Origin: Caecitellus pseudoparvulus
Lineage: Eukaryota; Protista; Bigyra: Bicosoecida
Reading direction: 5' to 3'
Assembly: GCA_965644315.1 (NCBI GenBank)
Contig: CBFFRQ010000089.1
Span: forward strand, 62,001-126,000
Length of the DNA stretch: 64,000 nt
Position numbers and translations under genes: made by a program. This document shows positions 36,098 through 48,000 of the stretch, piece by piece (the stretch's first letter is position 1; each line of letters starts with the position of its first letter). A model generated the notes under the pieces. The model was not told where the DNA came from, did no database searches, and was given only the letters and a program-made list of their open reading frames with translations.

Positions 36098-39000
36098 CTA
36101 AGCCTGTGCAGGCTCAGCAGTGGTTGCTGCAGGGGCAGCAGGGGCCGCGGCACCCTGGTTCACGGGGGTGGCGGGCACGGCCTCCGGCTCCTTGCGCTTG
36201 GAGCAGACACCAGCGCGGTACACCATGAAGGCGCCGATGGCGACGACCAGCACAGCGATGATGGCGATGCCGGCGCCCAGGGCACCGCTGTTGTCCTCAG
36301 CCTCGGGCTCGGGCTGAGACGCCTGCGCAGCGGGCACAGGGCTGCCGGAAGGCGTGGGGCTCACGCTGGGCATGACCGCAGAAGCAGTGGCCGAGCGAGC
36401 AGCGTCGAAGATGAAGGTGTCAGGGCTGCTCTCGCCGCTGGCCGTGGCGGAGTAGGAGAAGGCGTTGTCGGAGATGGAGGTGAGGGCGCCAGGGTTGGAG
36501 CCGACATCGCGGCCGGCAGACACGTCTCGGCTGCTCAGGGCGAACCAAGTGCCGTCCACCCACTTGAAGATGTCAGTGACGGTGGCGTCTCCTGATGTGC
36601 CAGAGCTCTCCACGAAGATGGACCCGCCTGCTGCGATGATGGAGGCAGCCCGCACAGTGGCGGTGGTGGGTGCGGAGGAAGGCTTGGGGATCATGGCCAC
36701 CTCGGTCGCCTCGCCAGTGGCCTGCACGCGCCACAGCGCATCCTTGCTGGGGTCAGACTCCGAGCGCCACGCGAAGTACACGTCGTCGCCCAGGGTCGTC
36801 ATGAAGCGTGGGCTGCGCACACTCTGCAGGGCACGGCCAGACAGGGCACGGCGAGCCAAGCCCAGGGTGATGACGGTGCCGGTGGTGGGGCCAGTGGCGT
36901 CGGGCGTGAACAGGCGCACAGAGACAACGCCAGCGGCGTCAGAGCCAGACAGGATGAGGGAGTCCTTCGCAGCGGCCATGGACTCGATGACGATGGCGGT
37001 GGCAGACGTCGTGTCGATGGCGGAGACCACGGCGCCCATGCCAGTGTACACGTGCTCCTGGTCGTCTGCACCCGTCGCGACGAAGTACGCACCAGAGGCG
37101 GTCTTGGTGTACAGCCGTGCGTTGTGCAGGTCGCCCACCTTGCTCCAGGTGTTCGGGGCAGAGGCGTCCACGCTCACACGGTAGATGGCGGAGCGAGACG
37201 AGCCCTGCACGTTGGCGCTGACAATCAAGGCGCTGCCGGTTATGGCCAGGATCTTGGGGTTGCTGCCTGCTGCGCCAGGGGAAATGTCGCTGGCCAGCCA
37301 CACACGGTCGGCGTTGGTGTAGCAGAAGACCTCCTTGCCGTGCTGTGTGGAAGCAGCCACGAAGCACACAGCGTCCTGTGCAGGCACACGCCTCAGCTGG
37401 GAGGGGGAGGAAGACAGGGTGCCGTCAGCCAGCTCAGCGGCCAGGCTCACAGCAGCAGGGAAGTCCTGGCGGTACAGCTCGTTGCCAGTGGAGATGGAGG
37501 TGGCGCTGAACAGGAGTGTGGGGGGCGTGGAGCCAGTCTCGCTGCCCAGTGGCACCACTGCGCCCAGCTGAGTCAGGCCGCGGCCGACGCGCTGCACGAC
37601 ACCTGGCACAGGCGTCGTGGAGGGCGTCGCAGCAGCACTGGGAGACACAGATGCAGTGGGCACCGCGCCAGGGGAGCGCGATGGCACTGCGGTGCGGGTG
37701 GGGGTGGCAGAGGGCGTCACGGCAGAGGTGGAGGATGGCGTGGGCACGGCTGTGCGGCTGGGCGTCACAGCTGCAGTGACGGAAGGAGAGGCGCTGGAGG
37801 AAGGCGTGGCTGTGACACTGGGTGTCGCCGTCACAGTGGGCTCAGCCACGTCAGACACGGCGATGGTGTAGGTGGTGGTCCAGCTCTTGCCCATCTGCCC
37901 CTCAGCTGCGTTGGGCAGCACGAGAGGGTCGGCATCCGCCACAACCACGTCGAAGGTGTAGCTGGAGACGGCCTCGAAGTCGATGCCAGCCGCCGTGTCA
38001 ATGTCCCAGGCCTTGGGGCCAGTGGACACCAGGGTGAAGGGGACATCGCCCTGGATGGCAGCAGTGTACTGGGCAGTGTGCCCTGTGAAGTCATCCTCAT
38101 CCGACCAGACAATGGTGCCGACAGTGCGGCCCACGTCCAGCTCCTGCTGGTACCCGACATCCTCAGCCACACTGAAGGTGGTGCCAGTGGTCAGCATGCC
38201 GCCCTCGTTCACGTTCAGTACCTGCACCTTGACGGTGAAGGTGGCAGTCACGACGGTGGGCTCGCGCTCATCCGCCAGCTCGATGGTGATGGTGCTCTCG
38301 GCATCCTGGCCAGCCTCGTAGTCGGCGTCAAAGGCGTTGGACAGAGCCCAACCAGCCTCATGCCGCACCAGGATCCAGTCATCTCCAGAGTCGCTGAACG
38401 TGTTGGGCGTCTGGGCAGTGATGCGCAGCAGACCAGTCTCGTTGCGGTCCACGTCAAACGTCGGCAGCATGCCGAACCACTCCCCAGCAGCGACGCCCTC
38501 GGCAAAGGCGAAGGACACAGGTGCGCCAGGCTGGGTGCTAGGGCGAGAGGGGTACTCGTTGCGGTCCACGATGTGCACAACCACGTCCACGGCACGCTCG
38601 GAAGGCGGCACGCTGTTGTCCGCGATGACGATGGGGAAGGAGTACGTGTCCTTGGTCTCGGCATCCAGAGGAGCCAGCGTGGTCATGATCCAGCGGTTGC
38701 CAGAGTTTGACACGCGGAAGGTGGAGGCGCCCTCGCCCAGCACGGTCACGCCTGTGACCACGCCGCCGTCCACATCCACGAGGGACAGGAAGGCCACGCG
38801 GGACACCAGCGGCACGTTCTCATTCACGAACAGCTCCGGCGTAGACACCAGGAACGGCGCCATGGAACCCATGGTCACTGACACAGACAACTGCGTGTTG
38901 GTGTTGCCAGCAGCATCCACCGCGGTGAAGTGCAGAGTGTAGGATGGCGCCATGCCGGCCAGCAGGTCCAGCGTCAGCTCCTTGTTCTCCAGGCTCCACT

Positions 39001-42000
39001 GCCCTGCAGACACCTTGGTGATGCCGAACAGCGCGTGCACGTCATCAGCTGCAGGTGTGCTGCCAGTGAGGGTCAGAGTCATGCTGTCCAGGTCCACACC
39101 CGCCACATCGTCGGGGTCAGATACGTACAGGAAGGCCGCCGCAGGGCCCAGCTTGCCACCGCCCAGGTTGCTCTCAGGCACAGTGAAGGACGTGGTAGTG
39201 GCTGCGGCGAAGATCGGCTCCTCAGGCACATCCGAAAGGGCGACAGACACCTCCACCATGCGCAGAGCGCCCTCCACCATCGGGTCGTCCAGGCCGGCAA
39301 CAGTGTCGGCGGAGTCGTCGATGATGATGTGGAAGGTCAAGTCGGGAGAGGCCTGGTCAGCCTCAAAGTCGAAGGGAGCGCCCAACTGCACCAGCTTGTA
39401 CGCGTTGGGGGAAGATGTCCCCTGCACGCCCCACCGTGCGTTGTCCGTGGTGATGGCGCTGGCTGGCAGATCGCCCTCGGGGTTGTTCACGGTGAACGTC
39501 TCCGACACAGCGGTGCCAGAGGGTGAGTTCTCGTTTAAGGTGAAGGCAGAGGGGAGAACTGTGACAGGTGCCTCGTTGTAGTCGTCCACCATGATGGTGA
39601 TGGTGAAGGTCGTGTCCGCGCCAGCCTTGTTCACAACCAGCTCATACGCGAACTGGGGGCTGCCCTCGAAGTCCAGACCCTCGCCACCCGTGAACACGGC
39701 TGTGATGGTGCCGGGGGCAGCAGCCTCCGTCGTCAGCACAATGCCGCTCCCGATGTTGCCCGAGCCCGCGGCGGCGGCGATGGAGAGGGACTCCAGGTCA
39801 GGGTCAGTGATGACAACGCTGGCCGTGGTGGTGGCGCTGCCCTCCCGCAGGTGGATGGTGGAGGTGTCCACACTCATGGCCTCCAACACATCCACAAGGA
39901 CCACCTCACCAGAGAAAGACCGACCAGTGCCGTCGTTCACGATGATGTTGAAGTCAAGGTTGGCATCTGTCGCGTCAGCCTCGAAGTCCAGCGGGTCCAC
40001 CACCAGCTCAACGTTCCACAGGGACTCTGTGCCCGACACCGAGTCGAAGGAGATCTCGAACCAGCTCGTGCCCACCAGATGCACGTCAGTGCTGGAGATG
40101 GCGCCCTCAGGGTCGTCAATGCTGACTTGGCCCACAACGTTGACAGAGTTCTCCTCCACCTCCAACTGGCCGCTGGTGCCTGTGCCGACCAGCGTCACGA
40201 CGGGCACCTCGTTGAAGTCAGTCAGCGTCACTGTCAGGGGGAACGTGGCATCGCCAGCGGAGTCGCCGGACACGACCAAGTCAGCGGTGAAAGTGGGGTC
40301 AGTCTCAAAGTCGCCCTCCTCCACCGTCACCGTCACTGTCAGCAGGCCGGGCCTGCCCTTGGCGCCAGCTGCGAAACTCTCGCTGTGTGCCAGCATCACG
40401 GTGCCAGCGGGGGTGCCAGTCACGGACAAGGACGCCACAGACAGCATGTCAGCCTCATCAATGTCTGCAATGACCACGTCAAAGGTCGCATCGGCCGTCT
40501 CAGCGGTGGACTCCTGCACGGTGAAGGCGGAGGCCACAGCCACCGGGGCCTCGTTCGTGTTCTGCACAGACACAGTGAAGGTGTGCTCCACAGGCTCAAA
40601 CATGTCCTCAGCATCGCCAGACCACACGTCCATGCCTGTGACGGTCATGGTCAGCTCGCCCGAGGCAGGCATCATGGCATCCTCGAAGTCCAGGGACTTG
40701 CCGCCGGCCGGGTTGTACACGATGGCGACGTAGTTGTCAGGCTCCGCGGCAACGAGGCCAGGGGCCAGGGTGAACAGGTCCTGGAAGTACGCCGGCTCCA
40801 CAGTCAGAGTCAGGCTGTCGGCGATGTCTGCCACATCCCCGTCCTGGTCGAAGAAGGCAACCACAGCAGGCGTAATTGGACCAGGCGTACTTGTGCCGGG
40901 TACGGCGATGGGGGTGCCGGCGTTGGGATGCTCAGAGATCTCAGCGGTGGCACCAGAGCCAACGATAACAGGCTCGTCGTTGCCGTCCATGATCTTCACG
41001 GCGATGGTCTGCGTGACGGTGTTGTCCCCATCAGTGGCAGACACATCCACCAGCATAGTGGCCGGGCCACCAGCACGCTCAAAGTCGGCTTGAGACAGCC
41101 CGCCAGCCGGGGTGTCGATGAGGCGCAGCTCATGGCCGTCAAAGTCAAAGGCGGGGTTCGAGGTGGACAGCGTGATGCCAGAGGCATCCGTGTCCACATC
41201 TGTGATCTGCACAACGCCCAGAGGGATGGGGCCTGGCACACTGTCAGGCTCGGTGATCTGCGCCCAAGTACCGCGGATGCCGTCCACCATGTCCATGGCT
41301 GCGAACTCGCTCCACTGAATCTCATGTGGTGCAGTGAACACAGGCGCCTCGGGCACATTGTCAATGGTGATGGTGATGGTCACCGTGCGGGAGTGCGCAA
41401 AGGTGCCAGCGGCCTTCAGCTCCTTGATGCGAGCGGCAAAGGTGTACTCGTTTGGCTGGTCATCCTCCGCGTCGAACGTGGTCAGCGTCAGCACGACGAA
41501 GTTGTCCGCGCCGTTCAGGTCGGGCGTGATGGTGAACAGGTTCGACGCGGGACCAATGATCTCCACACTCTCCACGACGTCGTTGTCGTCGTCTGCGAAG
41601 AACAGGGGGCCCACGACGGAGTTGATGGGGGAGTTCTCGTCCACGGACAGGGTGGCCGAGTTCACCACTGCGCCGCCAGGGCCGTCCAGCATGAAGGGCG
41701 CCTTCTGCAGGTCCGTCACCTCCACACGGTAGGAGATGGTGACGTCCGCCTCGCTGGCTGCGTTGCCGTCGGAGGTGGTCACGACAAGGTCAAACGTGTG
41801 AGGCATCTCGTCCTCGTGGTTCAACAGGGGGCCGTCGGCGTCGTTGGTGGATATGGTCACGGTGTGCGGCGTGCTGTCAGTGTTCAGGTCCACCACGAAG
41901 AAGGACTGGTCTGCGCCAGGGCCGCCCAGAGGGCTCTCCCCACTGAGCACTGCAGCCGTGATGCGGTGGTCTGCAGGCAAGAAATCGGCGTTGTCACCGT

Positions 42001-45000
42001 CGTTCAAGTCGTCGTCAGTCAGGGTGAACACGACCTTGGACACGGACTCCTCACGGACATCGGCCATCTTGGGGGAGCTGGGCAGGTAGCTCGTCTTCAC
42101 AGTGGGCACCTCCTCACGGTTGGTCACGGTGAGGGCGCAGGCTTGGGTGGACACGGCAGAGTCCTGCCCTGTCTCACCAGTGCCGCTGAACGTGACCGTG
42201 CAATCCAGGGGAGCGGGGCTGTCCCCCAAGCTGGCCAAGTCCAGCTCGTGAGTCTTGATCACCCAGGCACCAGACTCGTACATTACCTGCAGGTAAGAGT
42301 CGTCTGCCACAGTGGCTGTCACGCCTGCAGCAGGGGAAGCATCCCCTTCAGGGTCAGTGACAGTGATGGCAGTGACCACCTGGGCGGTGTACATGCCAGT
42401 CATCAGGTCCTTCGCGTCCTCCAGCAGGGTGGGCGTAGCAATCGCAACAGCGGCAGCAGTGGCCACCTCGTTCACTGGCGTCACGTTGATGGTGACGTCG
42501 AACGTCGCAGCGCTGTTCTCGAAGCCTGTGCCAGTCTGCGCGACGGTCACAGACACAGTCTGGGTTTCAGACAGAGTCCCTGGGGCATCAATGTCCACGG
42601 CAGCATCAGGCGTGATGACCAGGTCCAGGTCCGTGCCAGAGTCCTGAGCCAAGGTGAAGGTCAGGCCCATGTAAGTCGCACCGCCACCATCCACCACGAT
42701 GGTGTAATCGCTGGCGTCAAATCCGCTCAAGTCGTTGTCAACCATGGCGATGGTTTCCGGGGTTGTGCTCAGCTCGGTGAAGGAGACCGTCGTGTCCGCG
42801 CCCTCGGCCAGCTCGGGGTGGTAAGTCTTGAGCTCTGCAACAATGTCAATGTTGGTCAGGGCGTCTGAATCCAAGTTGTTGTTCACAACGATACTGGTGA
42901 TGGTGTAGGTTGTTGCATCCGTGAAAGTGGCCTGAGAGGAAGCCACCAGCTCAAACTGAGTGGTAGAGCCCTCCACAGCCCGCACGAAGAAGGCCGGGGG
43001 GCCGTCGTCAGTGTCAGCAGAAGACGTAACGGTGAAGTCCGCTGCAGTGGGGAGGGTGGCGTCAGCATCTTCATCGCTGAACTCCACGATCAACCCTGTG
43101 GCGCGCACAGGCAGGCCGATCTCGAACGAGTACGTTGGGCCACCGGGGGCCACTTGCAGCACAGGCTTCTCGTTCACATCTGTGATGTCCACAGAGACGG
43201 TAAGGACGGAAGTGAGGGCGGGTGTGCCAGAATCCACCACACGCAGGTCCACTGTGAACTGGCCGTTGCCGGCTTCGTGGTCGAAGATGGGATTGTCCGA
43301 GGCACCAAAGTAGGTCACCGTGAGAACTTTGTCACTTGTGTGAGCATTGCTAACGTCCACGCTCAAGTCGCTGGCGTCCAGGCCAGGCAGGCTGGTGGAG
43401 ACGACGGTGGCGGAGACGATGTCCCGCCCCAGGTGGTGTGCCTTGCCAAGCGTGACGGTGCCCATAGATGCGCCGGAGCCAGCCCCGGTGCCATCTGCAG
43501 TCTCGGAGATCTCAAGGTCAACGCCAGTGACGGTGTGCCGCACCTCGTTGGCGTCAGCGATGTTCACAGTGATGGGCACAACGCGGGAAGCGGGAGGACC
43601 TTCATCCTGGAAGTCCGTGATGCGGATGTTGACTAGAATGCTGTTGGAGCCCGCGCTGTTCGCCTCGGGCGTCTCGAAGTCGAACGCCTTCTTGTTGTGG
43701 ATGCGCCACTGGGTGCCGGAGAACACCACCTCGAACTCCGCCGCCTGGTCGCCCAGCACAGTCACGCTGGCCACTTTGTCCCCAGCATCCTCGTCGAAGA
43801 ACTCCAGCGTGCCGAAGGGCGTATCGCGGGGCGTGTTCTCCACAAGCGTGAAGTTGTTCGTGAACTCAGGCTCGGCACCTGGCACGAGGTTCACGTCCTT
43901 CAACTCGGGGGCGTCGTTCTGGTCCTGCACGTACAGAATGGTGCTGAAGGCACGGGCAGACACGACCATGTTGGGGTCTTCCGGATCGCAAGTCTCGGGT
44001 GCGGTGCGCTCGGGGCCGCCGCAATCGTACATGACGATGCACATGGGTGTGGAACGGTACGCCACGCCATCCACACGCAGGAGGGGCTCCGAATCGCCTG
44101 GAAGCTCCAAGTGCTCAGGGTGGGAGGTGGACGAGGAGAGGTATGGCCTCCGAAGATTGCTGTTCAACACATCATCAAGATCGGGAATCGTCGCACAGGA
44201 ATCGATAAGAGATACGATGTGTAATGTCTCGTCTTCCAAAACAGAAGTGTAGGGATCAAAACGCCCAGCCTGTGCACGGCGACGGCGTCTTCCACCGCCC
44301 TGTGCGACAGGGTTGTACAGCTCCTCAGTGGTAGTATCAGCTTTCAAGTCGAGGTCTGTTGAGGTTTCCAGGTTCGACGGATCGCCTTGGAGGCTGTCCT
44401 GCCTGTCCTCGAGGTTGAAGTTGGCGCCCTCCGCCACGCGAATGCCCCACACGCCAGGCGCAATCTCATACGGCTCCACCTGGGCGCCCAGGGAGAACAC
44501 ACGCACCTTCGTGATGGGGTCGTCGCGAGCAAGACGGTCTTCGTCTGCGGTGTCCAGGCGGGCGATGGGGGTGCCGGCGGCAGCGTTCTCAGGCACGACA
44601 AACGAGCGGAAACGCAGCAGTCCGAGACCAACTGGTAGGTCGTTGCGATCCTCCAAGAAAAAATTGACATTCTCAAGGTCCACAGAGGAGGAGTCCGGGA
44701 AGCCCACCTTGATAATGACCTGAGTACTGCGGTTGTTTGATGATGGGAACCCAACATTGTCGTCCTTGAACGCGAGCTCCTCTAAGTTGAAAGCGCTGCA
44801 CTCGACATCGTAAATAACTTCTGTGCCCTCCATGGTGAACTTAGGGGGCTTCCGATCAAAGGCTAGCACAGTTGACAGCTCAACGCCAGTGTCCTCGTCG
44901 ATACGAGGCTCAAGCGAAAAGAATCCAGTGCCATCCGACACCATCGAGGAAGGGACGTAGTCCTCATCCACAATCTTGAGCAGAAAAGTGTCAGCTTCAG

Positions 45001-48000
45001 TGACAGGCTCAGCTGTGATTGATCCATTCCTGTGCTCTTTGCACTTGAAATTCTTGGAGTCAATCGATTCAAGGTGGGTCTCATCGACGTCTTCGACTGT
45101 CAGGGTAAGTGACTCTACCTTGCCATAATAGTTCTCGATTCTTACGGCAGCTACAAATGTGAAACTGATGCTGTTGCTGTACGTCCACTGCGTAGGGTCA
45201 AATTGGTGTCTCACAATGCCCTCGAAGTTGTATCCTTCCGCTTCGAACGTAGCGTTGCGGCTAAAAGAGTAGTCCTGTGTCGCGTCAAGAAGGCCGACAT
45301 CAAAGTAGCCTTGATCGTACACTGAAGGCAGTTGAACCGGGGTGATGGAGGTTTCAGTCACTGTTGCAGACTCTACCGGATCCACGTCAACGATCCCGTC
45401 AAGGATTTGGTCACCTTCCACGTCGTCGCACGTGAGGACAACTTCAATTGCAGTCCGGACAGGGTCTGTGGACGTGGCTTGGCTGTTTACCTCGAAAATT
45501 GTTGCAGTGGAAGCGCCCGCAGCTGCCGAACACAAAGTGGCCGACTCCGGGACGTTCCCAAGCTTGGGAGTGAAGCTGTTGGACGAGGCAACGACATCCT
45601 GACCATTGTTGGCCAGGACGACAAGGCGCAGGTCAAAGGCAGACATTCCTTCAGGATCGTAGTTTGAAAAGGCCACACCGGCTTCTTCCATGAGCTCCTC
45701 CAAGTTAAACGTGCTGATTTGAGCTGTAGCAACAACATCGTCACCGTCTCTGTTCCAACTGCTTGCAGGAAGGGAGAACGAAATGTGCTGGGGGACTGAG
45801 ACCTCGACAGTAGCTGACCCGTCACGTGGAGTCACGTCTTTCAGCTCTTCCGTAACGGTAGCAGTCGCTCCAGTTGGCACGGTTGCGTGATCTGCTGAAT
45901 CTCGGTTGGCGAACTGGAGCTCAGTAACGAAGTCAAACGCAAACTCATCCGTTGCGATTGAAATAGTGACGATATCCTCATCACTCTCAGAGTTCTCATC
46001 CACAGTGTTCAGGACAGTGAAAGAAAAATCGTCTTCGTCAGGCAGCTCCTGCACGTTCTTCAGCGTCAGCGGTTTTTCAATAGACTGTGTGTTGTCGCAC
46101 TCGATAATGACTGAAACCTCATGAGACTCGCTGGAAGGTCCAGTGTACTCGAGAGACGACTGTGCTGCGTAGGCTTCGAAGTCAAAAATCCCACTTAGGG
46201 TATACTCAACGCCAACAACAGATCCCAAAAGATACACTGGGCTGGATTGCAGCAGAACACTGCTGACGCTGTTGGGCAAGTCTCCCTCGTCGTCAAGCGT
46301 GACAAAGCACGTGGGGAACGTGGCAGGCACACCCTCCAGCACATCAGGATCACTCACTGTGACGGACAGAATGGTCCCAGCGCTGTCGCCCTCAGTGATC
46401 TCCAAAGTGCTCGCCTCAGTCCAAGTTACACTCCCGGCATCCTCAGGCACGTCAGCGACATTTAAATCGAGAGTGCCAGTCTGGGAGTCCAGGTCCGATG
46501 TCAGAGTCAGCGTCAGAGGGGCCGAATCAGGGTACGTCACATCCCCAGCCGCGTCGTACAGAGTGGGGTAATCCAGTGTGTCGGCGGGAATCGTCACAGT
46601 GACAGAGAGTTCGCCCTGCGTCGCACTGTTCGAGGAGCCGGCGCTCTTGGTCGTGGCCCACGTGTTGGGTGTAAAGTGGGGACCGCTGAGGGAGAAGTTG
46701 CCGTAGAATTCTGCGCCAGGCATGATATCTGCCCCCACCACTGTGAAGGTGGCCGTGCCCCCCGCGTTCTCGTCAATGCTCACGTCAGACCCGGTGATGG
46801 TAAGGGAGACGCCTGTCGTGTCAACAGGCACCGTCACGGTGGCAGTGTCCACGTCTGTGTCAAGGGTCAAACTGAAGTCCCAGTCCAGGCTGCCATCCGT
46901 ACCATCATAACTGGCTGAGTCGGCGTCGAACAATGTTCGCATGCTGGGGACGCCGGGAACTTGCACCGTCACCGTGGACTTGCCGGTGCTGCCATCAACA
47001 TCTACGATGTCAGCTGAGGTGGCAGTCACAGTCTGAGTGTCGCTTGGCACTGTCCCTGCAACTGCGAAGCCTGGCGTGCAGCCAGGGAAAAGGTCAGGGC
47101 CAACCACGTCAATGGTAAAGGAAACAGCGGTGGTGCTGTCCTCATCCACAGCAGCTGGCGTGGGGGGCGTTCCGAAGGCGGGCTCGTCCCCAGTCTCCAA
47201 GTTGCTGATGTCCAGCGTCACAGACTGCACGCCGCTGTCACCAGACTCGAAGGACAAGTCCAGAGACCACGTGCCATCACAGTCCAAAGGACCGTCGCTT
47301 ACGCCTTCGTTGGCCTTGTCGAACACAGCCCGCGCCACAAGGTCAGTGTCTGCAATGGTCAGAGTGTACGTGGCCTTGCCCAGCTCCACAGTCATGCCGG
47401 CGCCATCCTCAATGGTGGTCAGGCCAAGAAGGTCGCTGGCAGGGCCAGCCCACTCCAGGTCGGGCACGGTGGTGCCGTCACCCGCGACAATATCGCCGTC
47501 GGTGATCTCGAACGTCAGCGTGTACTCGGTCTTCTCGTCCAAGGACAGTGGTGATGTCTCCGCGGCGCCATCCAGTTGCGTGAACTCCACGGTTGTCGGC
47601 TCGTTCACATTCTGGATAGTGATGGTGAAGGCAGAGGAATTCACTGCCACGCCGTCCAGCAACGCCTCAGCCACAGTCACGGTGGGCGTGGTCTCGAAGT
47701 TCACAGCGCCCACCAAGTACACGCGCCCAGTGGTCTTGCCCACAATGACGCTCGAGTGGGCGGCAATGGACCAGGGGCCGTTGCTGACCATGAGCTCATC
47801 CAGGTCATTCGCTTTCAGCTGCCCTGCCAGCACGACGCGGTCCCCACTGTCCAGCTCGGGCACGGGATCAGTGGCGCCTTCCGTGTCAAACTCGAAACCA
47901 AACGGGGGGTTGTCTTGGCCAGTGCGCGCTTGAGGCAGCAAGTACATCACGAGAGTCTCTTCCAAGCTCCCCCCGGCGTCTTTCCCGCGAACGTCAGCGG

